Assembly (NCBI GenBank): GCA_963675665.1
Contig: OY776510.1
Coordinates: 416,001-480,000 of the forward strand
Direction of reading: 5' to 3'
DNA from: Spirochaetia bacterium
GTDB lineage: Bacteria; Spirochaetota; Spirochaetia; UBA9216
Length of the DNA stretch: 64,000 nucleotides
The stretch's first letter is position 1. Each line of letters opens with the position of its first letter. The notes beneath the pieces were generated by a model. The model was not told the DNA's origin. It did no database searches and saw only the letters and a list, made by a program, of their open reading frames with translations. The translations under genes and the position numbers were made by a program. This document shows, piece after piece, positions 58,311 through 64,000 of this stretch.

Positions 58311-59402
58311 ATGGCAAAAGGATTTTCACTTGAAACGTACCCATGGGCATATCTTGCGCAATACGATAAAGAAACTGAATGGCGTGAGGAATACATCGAA
58401 AATCCGCATAAAACCCCGAAGGAAGAAGCGGACCTTCCCGCCGATGAGTTTGCGGCACTGCTTCAGAAGAGAAATTCGTTTCCCGGGCTTCCGCTTGTTA
58501 ATTATACAACACAATACGGCATGGGCTGCTTTGAAGGCCTAAAGGCATATCCGCAAAAGGACGGCTCTCTAAAATTATTCCGACCGGATGAAAATGCCGC
58601 CAGGATGTTTAAATCAATGAAGGGATTGATGATGCCTCCATTCCCGGAAAAAATGTTTCTTGAAGCATCAAAAACCGTAGTTAAAAAGAATATGGCCTGC
58701 GGCTTTGCGCCTGAATATGATTCGGAGTGGGAAAAGGATAATTATATTACTGGACATGCAGTGTACCTGAGACCGTTTACGTATTCGGAACCGGCGATAG
58801 GCCTGGGCGTATCAAATCGTCCATGGGTAGTAATTGTTGCAACACCTGTCGGAGCATATTTCGCGCCGGGGAATTCCAAAGCCGTCGTCACAGATAAAGC
58901 CAGAGCAACTCCCAACGGCACAGGCTGGATAAAATGCAATGCGAATTATGTTATTCCCATTCTTGCAAAGAAAGAAGCAGTAAACGCCGGATATATGGAA
59001 GCTATTTTTCTTGATTCCGTTGAAAAAAAATATGTTGAAGAAGGTTCATCATGCAACATATTTTTCAAACTAAAAGACGGCACACTGATTACTCCGGAGC
59101 TCGGCGATACAATACTGCCCGGAATAAACAGAAAGAGCGTAATAGAACTTGCCGGGGATATGGGAACAAAAGTCGAAGAAAGAAAAGTCCCCATTGCGGA
59201 GGTTATGGAAAAAGCTGACGAATGCTTTGTTACCGGAACAGCCGCAGGAGTTTCATATATCGAATCCATCACTTTAAAGGGAAAAACCCTAGTCCTCAAC
59301 AAAGGTGTACAGGGAGAACTCACGACTGAACTTCAAAAAACGCTTAAAAAGATACAGTACGGAGCTATAGAAGACACAAAAGGATGGATGTTCGGACTTT
59401 AA
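58311..59402 (+). CDS. ilvE: Branched-chain amino acid aminotransferase (class IV PLP)
   Basis: YG..CFEGLKAY, LFRP..N..R, YLRP, K..ANY, EE..S.N.F, ILPGI.R, GTAA; ATG 58311 after AGGAG. Confidence 0.93.
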   Translation: MAKGFSLETYPWAYLAQYDKETEWREEYIENPHKTPKEEADLPADEFAALLQKRNSFPGLPLVNYTTQYGMGCFEGLKAYPQKDGSLKLFRPDENAARMFKSMKGLMMPPFPEKMFLEASKTVVKKNMACGFAPEYDSEWEKDNYITGHAVYLRPFTYSEPAIGLGVSNRPWVVIVATPVGAYFAPGNSKAVVTDKARATPNGTGWIKCNANYVIPILAKKEAVNAGYMEAIFLDSVEKKYVEEGSSCNIFFKLKDGTLITPELGDTILPGINRKSVIELAGDMGTKVEERKVPIAEVMEKADECFVTGTAAGVSYIESITLKGKTLVLNKGVQGELTTELQKTLKKIQYGAIEDTKGWMFGL

Positions 59403-59406
59403 GACT

Positions 59407-62400
59407 TTACAAACTCAGCCTTGAAAGGTCCTTGGGAATATCCTGATATATCTGCAGCCGGTAATCTTCGACCGGATAAAATACCGCCCGTGAATTCAAA
59501 TATGAAAGATTAACCGTATCCGGCTCTACAAGCGAGTTCGGATCACGGGAAAGTTTATCGTAATATTCAACCGAATCGGTAAGAAGCACCATTGCTTCCG
59601 CATTTTTTTCCGGTTCACGGCTTCTCTCATACAGACGGTATTTGGTAACTCCCAGGTTATTGCTTACCTTCATCATATTCTCAAGCAGGGCCCGATGCTC
59701 CGGAATCTCATCAATAAGCAGGTAATTAATTGACGAATATTCTTTACTGAGCAAATCAAGAAGATGTGTATAGTATCCCTCAGCAAGATAATAATCGTTT
59801 CGGTTGAACAGAGTATTGGCTGTTGAGTACATCAAAGCCCTGTCTACGGAAAACCCGCCGGCTGTATCATAAAACTCGATCAAAGCCTCTCTATAATTCT
59901 TGTTATAATACTGTATATAACCTTTTTTGTATTTCAATATCTCGGAAGAATATTCATTCAGTTCGGCTTTGGTATAATACTCAAGCGCCAGGTCATAATC
60001 TCCGCTGATATAATACGATAAATCTCCCAGGTTGGAAAAAATCATGCCGAATTCAGGTTTCGGCTGTATCTGCCTGTTGGCTATTGCTTCATCATACCGT
60101 TCGGCCGCTTTCTGATAAAACTCTTCGGCATCCAGATAATTCTCCTGTTCATACAGGATCATCCCTTTACGGTTATACGAATCGATCAGTAAACCGTTTC
60201 GGGTGCGGGTCAGCGGGTCTGTATTTTCAAAAAGCCAGATTGCTGCATTAAGCGCTTTCTCTTCCTCTTCCGGAATGTTGATAATACCAAAATAACGGGC
60301 AAGTTCATAATGTATTTCCGGAAGTTCCGCCTCTACAGAACGTGCTTTCATCAGGATCTCTCTTACATCCTCAAAACGGCCGCTGTCAATCAGATATCCT
60401 GCCAGTTCGGCATAAATGTCCGGCTCAATATCCGCTTTCGCATTCTGTTTAAAAGCATCATAAAGATTCATTGCTTCAGTATGGTTATCTGTTCTGATAA
60501 AATACCGCAACATTCTGAACAGAATCTCATCTCTGCCGCCGTACAGTTCAAGCAGCTTGGCATAATTAAATCTTGCCTCTTCATATCGTGATGGATCAAT
60601 TTCCCTTGCCCATTCCATATAGGTATCACCGAGCATCAGACGGGCTTCATAATCATTAAGGTGATCAAAAAGTAAATCAGTTAAAAGCTTTTCAGCTTCC
60701 GGATACTTGCCTAGAATCTTAAATTCCAGTTCGGCATAATCCAGCACAGCCTCGCGTTCATCCGGGTACCAGCCGAGCAGCTGCTCGTATTTTTCTTCGG
60801 CAAGAAGATATTGTTTATTATCTTCAAATGATTCTGCATATCTGTAAAACCAGTTTTTCTTTTTCCATTCACTGAATGCACGTTCGAAATATGAGTTGGC
60901 CTGTTCGTTGTTTCCCTGCGGAATTTCTTCATAGCCTTTTTTATATAGCGATTCAGCGTGCAGAGGGGTATATACAAACCGATACCCTAAAAACAATAAT
61001 AGCATCAGGGAAGCCGCTGCTATCAATGCTGTTCTGAACATCGGTATAAAGTTTTTTCTGAACATATAGCTGAAGGAACTCTTTTCTTTCTCGAATTCCT
61101 CAGCGGTGCGCTTTTCATACTGCGCCGGGATTTTTACCTTCTTTCCGGTTATTTTCGATACGACATTCCCAATTTCTCTTGCGCTGGAACCGGAAGTCAT
61201 CGCCTCAATGAGTTTATCCAGATTTTCACCGGTAAGCCGCTTTTCTCCTATCAGCTCCTCAATTATGAGCTTGAGATTCCGAGGCATTTGACCAAGAGTC
61301 TTTTTAAGTTCTATAAACTCATCATCGGGAATGGCGTAACTTTCATCGGAATACGCATCGTCAAAATCACCGCTTTCATCCGCAGAAGGAACATCAAGAC
61401 TTTCAAGATGCCCCATGTCTTCAGCAGGTTCTTCATCTACTCCGAATTCCTGCCCCAGATCTCCGAGACTGAACTCTGAAGCTTCAATATCATCGCCGTC
61501 TATCTCTCCTAGACTGAAATCTTCAAGACTGAATTCATCCTCTCCGGAGTCATCGGAACTTTCCATATCGGAGCCGAAGTCGCCGACCTCGGATTCACCG
61601 AGTTCATCCATGTCGGTGTCGAAGCCGGCCGTGTCGAGCTCACCGGCATCAGGTTCGCCCAGGTCATCCATGTCGGCGTCGAATTCGCCGGTGTCGAAGT
61701 CAGCCGTGTCCAGCTCTCCGAGGTCATCCATGTCGGTGTCGAAACCGGCCGTGTCGAGTTCACCGGCATCAGGTTCGCTCAGATCATCCATGTCGGCTTC
61801 GAATTCGCCGGTATCGAAGTCAGCCGTGTCCAGCTCTCCGAGGTCATCCATGTCTGTGTCGAAGCCGGTCGTGTCTATCTCACCGGCATCAGGTTCGCCC
61901 AGGTCATCCATATCGGCGTCGAATTCGCCGGTGTCGAAGTCAGCCGTGTCCAGCTCTCCGAGGTCATCCATGTCGGTGTCGAAGCCGGTCGTGTCGAGCT
62001 CACCGGCATCAGGTTCGCCCAGGTCATCCATGTCGGCTTCGAATTCGCCGGTATCGAAGTCGGCCGTGTCCAGCTCTCCGAGGTCATCCATGTCTGTGTC
62101 GAAACCGGCCGTGTCGAGTTCACCGGCATCAGGTTCGCCCAGGTCATCCATGTCGGCGTCGAATTCGCCGGTATCGAAGTCAGCCGTGTCGAGTTCATCA
62201 GCATCAGGTTCGCCCAGGTCATCCATGTCGACGTCAAAATCGCCGGTATCGAAGCCGGTCGTGTCTATCTCACCGGCATCAGGTTCGCCCAGGTCATCCA
62301 TGTCGGCTTCGAATTCGCCGGTATCGAAGCCGGTCGTGTCGAGTTCATCGGCATCAGTAATCTCTTCACCAGAACTTTCAAGATCAAACGAATCAAGATC

Positions 62401-62754
62401 CGCATCGAAACCTTCCGCTTCCAGGGCATCCATCTCTTCGAATTGATCCCCGGAAGAGGATTCTTCTGCAAGCTCTTCGTCGAGCCCCGAAAGTAATTCT
62501 TCAGGAAGATTATAATCGCCCTCAAATTCATCCGGTTCAGCTTCTGAATCTGTCGGCTCCTCGGCAAAAAGGGATGATTCTTCCAGAACATCTGTATCAT
62601 CCTCATCGAAAAGCGCACTCAAATCTCCGATCGATTCAGCTTCAGGCGGAGTAATATCCGGCATAACTTCACCGCGCTGTCTGCGTATCTCCTCTTCGTT
62701 GCCGAGACGAGTCAGATCTGTCTTAAAATCGTCTATTTCTTGAATCTGGGGCAT
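59407..62754 (-). CDS. flcA: Spirochaetal flagellar collar protein FlcA-like (acidic N-terminus, TM, TPR periplasmic domain)
   Basis: MP....F...L..LGNE...R..RGE start, P.NLK..IEE motif, single TM, TPR array; recognised from family memory, not searched. Confidence 0.72.
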   Translation of the reverse strand: MPQIQEIDDFKTDLTRLGNEEEIRRQRGEVMPDITPPEAESIGDLSALFDEDDTDVLEESSLFAEEPTDSEAEPDEFEGDYNLPEELLSGLDEELAEESSSGDQFEEMDALEAEGFDADLDSFDLESSGEEITDADELDTTGFDTGEFEADMDDLGEPDAGEIDTTGFDTGDFDVDMDDLGEPDADELDTADFDTGEFDADMDDLGEPDAGELDTAGFDTDMDDLGELDTADFDTGEFEADMDDLGEPDAGELDTTGFDTDMDDLGELDTADFDTGEFDADMDDLGEPDAGEIDTTGFDTDMDDLGELDTADFDTGEFEADMDDLSEPDAGELDTAGFDTDMDDLGELDTADFDTGEFDADMDDLGEPDAGELDTAGFDTDMDELGESEVGDFGSDMESSDDSGEDEFSLEDFSLGEIDGDDIEASEFSLGDLGQEFGVDEEPAEDMGHLESLDVPSADESGDFDDAYSDESYAIPDDEFIELKKTLGQMPRNLKLIIEELIGEKRLTGENLDKLIEAMTSGSSAREIGNVVSKITGKKVKIPAQYEKRTAEEFEKEKSSFSYMFRKNFIPMFRTALIAAASLMLLLFLGYRFVYTPLHAESLYKKGYEEIPQGNNEQANSYFERAFSEWKKKNWFYRYAESFEDNKQYLLAEEKYEQLLGWYPDEREAVLDYAELEFKILGKYPEAEKLLTDLLFDHLNDYEARLMLGDTYMEWAREIDPSRYEEARFNYAKLLELYGGRDEILFRMLRYFIRTDNHTEAMNLYDAFKQNAKADIEPDIYAELAGYLIDSGRFEDVREILMKARSVEAELPEIHYELARYFGIINIPEEEEKALNAAIWLFENTDPLTRTRNGLLIDSYNRKGMILYEQENYLDAEEFYQKAAERYDEAIANRQIQPKPEFGMIFSNLGDLSYYISGDYDLALEYYTKAELNEYSSEILKYKKGYIQYYNKNYREALIEFYDTAGGFSVDRALMYSTANTLFNRNDYYLAEGYYTHLLDLLSKEYSSINYLLIDEIPEHRALLENMMKVSNNLGVTKYRLYERSREPEKNAEAMVLLTDSVEYYDKLSRDPNSLVEPDTVNLSYLNSRAVFYPVEDYRLQIYQDIPKDLSRLSL
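61605..62350. repeat. Intragenic tandem repeat: about 4.75 x 120 bp (two alternating 60-bp subunits) plus about 2 x 75 bp
   Basis: Encodes (DMDDLGEPDAGELDTAGFDT DMDDLGELDTADFDTGEFEA)n. Confidence 0.95.
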
Positions 62755-62885
62755 ACTTGATTTTCGGTACTTTTTATTCGATGAGTTAGAGGATTTTAAT
62801 TCAAATCAGGGTTCATCCAATATCTTTAACTAAATCAGAAATCTGTCAAGCAATGAGCGCACAAAACCGAAATTATAATAGAACC

Positions 62886-63596
62886 ATGTATAACATACGT
62901 AAAAAAACACAGTCAATATTATTTTTTCTCCTGCTGCTTCCTGTAACCGCGTTGTTTGCTGATCCTGTAACTGTTCAGCTACATTTTGCCATAACAGAAG
63001 CTGTAGTCGCTTCGCCGCCTGAAGTTATTGATGATCATCTTGTACTTTCATATAAAGGCAGCAGACATTACCGATTTGTCGGAGCTGCTTTCAAACATGA
63101 AGATTTCAAGATTATCCATCCTTTCTATGTTAATACAAACGGAGTTTATGTTCTTACCTATCCGCTGGAAGAAGGTATAAGCGAACTGGAATACCGGCTT
63201 GTTGTTGACGGTTTATGGATGACCGATCCGAATAATCAGAATACGATAACAGATTTAAGCGGACTTTCACTTTCAAGCTACATGATCCCGGAAAAAGAAG
63301 GGCCTCCGGAATCGCCTAAACATACAGATAAATCTGTGACCTTTCGTTACCTCGGGGCCCGCGGTCAGAAAGTATTTGTATACGGAGATTTCAACAACTG
63401 GGATCCTTATATGTACAGGCTTGCGGAAGAACCGGGTACAGGTTTATACAGTTGCAAACTGCGTTTAAGTCCGGGGACTTACAAATATAAATATATTGTA
63501 GACGGAACAGCCATGCCGGATCCACTTAATGAAGAAAAATCTCTTGACACCTTCGGAGAGACTGCCTCTGTTTTTACTGTACCGTTTGAATTCTAA
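62886..63596 (+). CDS. Secreted protein with two CBM48/AMPK-beta-like glycogen-binding domains
   Basis: Signal peptide; YRLVVDGLW.TDP.N; GDFNNWDP, G.Y.YKYIVDG...DP.N; alternative start 62853. Confidence 0.8.
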   Translation: MYNIRKKTQSILFFLLLLPVTALFADPVTVQLHFAITEAVVASPPEVIDDHLVLSYKGSRHYRFVGAAFKHEDFKIIHPFYVNTNGVYVLTYPLEEGISELEYRLVVDGLWMTDPNNQNTITDLSGLSLSSYMIPEKEGPPESPKHTDKSVTFRYLGARGQKVFVYGDFNNWDPYMYRLAEEPGTGLYSCKLRLSPGTYKYKYIVDGTAMPDPLNEEKSLDTFGETASVFTVPFEF

Positions 63597-63999
63597 GCAG
63601 AATACTGTCTTCTCTTCGGCAACTGTCCGCTATATCGGCAAGTGCAAGCCCTTTTCCGGTCTTGAAAAGGGCTGTTGATTCTCCTTCCCAGAATAAATCA
63701 AGATAGCAGCCTACAGCACAAACAGTCATTCCGAAATTTACTTCAGTATTGAGCATTCGCATGGGCAGCGCCCGCAGAAAACTCCGTTTCTGGTCCGGGT
63801 CGTAAACTTCACCGTTAGCTTTAATATCTACCCAGAGAAAGGCTCCTGAATTTTTTTTCTCCCAGTCGGTTGAATATGCATCACGGCAGATCGTCAGGGC
63901 AATGTCCTGAGCTTTTACCTGAAAAAACCCGGCATCATCAAGACTTCCCGGGCTTAATCCGATAACACCGGTCTCAAAATCAGTAAGAAAGACTTTGTC
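63574..63999 (-). CDS. Carbon-nitrogen hydrolase (nitrilase superfamily), C-terminal part, truncated by window edge
   Basis: Manual translation: DKVFLTDFE..GLSPG..IALTICRDAY; catalytic K and C contexts. Confidence 0.65.
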   Translation of the reverse strand, partial: DKVFLTDFETGVIGLSPGSLDDAGFFQVKAQDIALTICRDAYSTDWEKKNSGAFLWVDIKANGEVYDPDQKRSFLRALPMRMLNTEVNFGMTVCAVGCYLDLFWEGESTALFKTGKGLALADIADSCRREDSILLRIQTVQ

Positions 64000-64000
64000 T

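Noticed and set aside
61415-62446. 343-aa Ser-rich plus-strand ORF and the T/W-rich alternative-frame ORFs
   Set aside because: Shadows of the flcA tandem repeat; no RBS or independent features.

Overview
Gene-dense bacterial chromosomal window, most likely from a free-living spirochaete (FlcA-like flagellar collar gene; Cys-less 'A-x-G-x-x-E' secreted proteins). From left to right: a SorC-regulated operon mixing a Liv-type amino-acid ABC transporter, sugar kinase/isomerase/dehydrogenases and a Cys/Met PLP lyase; radA, TraB, a TPR lipoprotein and an MFS; a TlpA/UshA-like/CcdA-like thiol-redox cluster; gdhA followed by two PEP-synthase-like (ATP-grasp + phospho-His) proteins, one fused to a nucleotidyltransferase, and a metallophosphoesterase; a DtxR-family regulator and feoAAB split by an IS4-family element with a nonsense codon; small regulator modules with visible operators; a YtrA-SPFH-LolCDE/LolA-like operon; a degenerate PAS kinase; a ZraPSR-like sigma54 system whose ribosome-binding site is occupied by an IS110 element; ssb, ilvE, flcA with an acidic tandem repeat, a CBM48-like protein and a partial CN-hydrolase. 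The two strongest leads are (1) an IS110 bridge-RNA-like ncRNA whose guide loops match its own donor junction and a Shine-Dalgarno/start-codon target, and (2) the gdhA-linked dikinase/nucleotidyltransferase/phosphoesterase operon, a candidate reversible modification system. All calls come from manual motif reading; no database searches were run.
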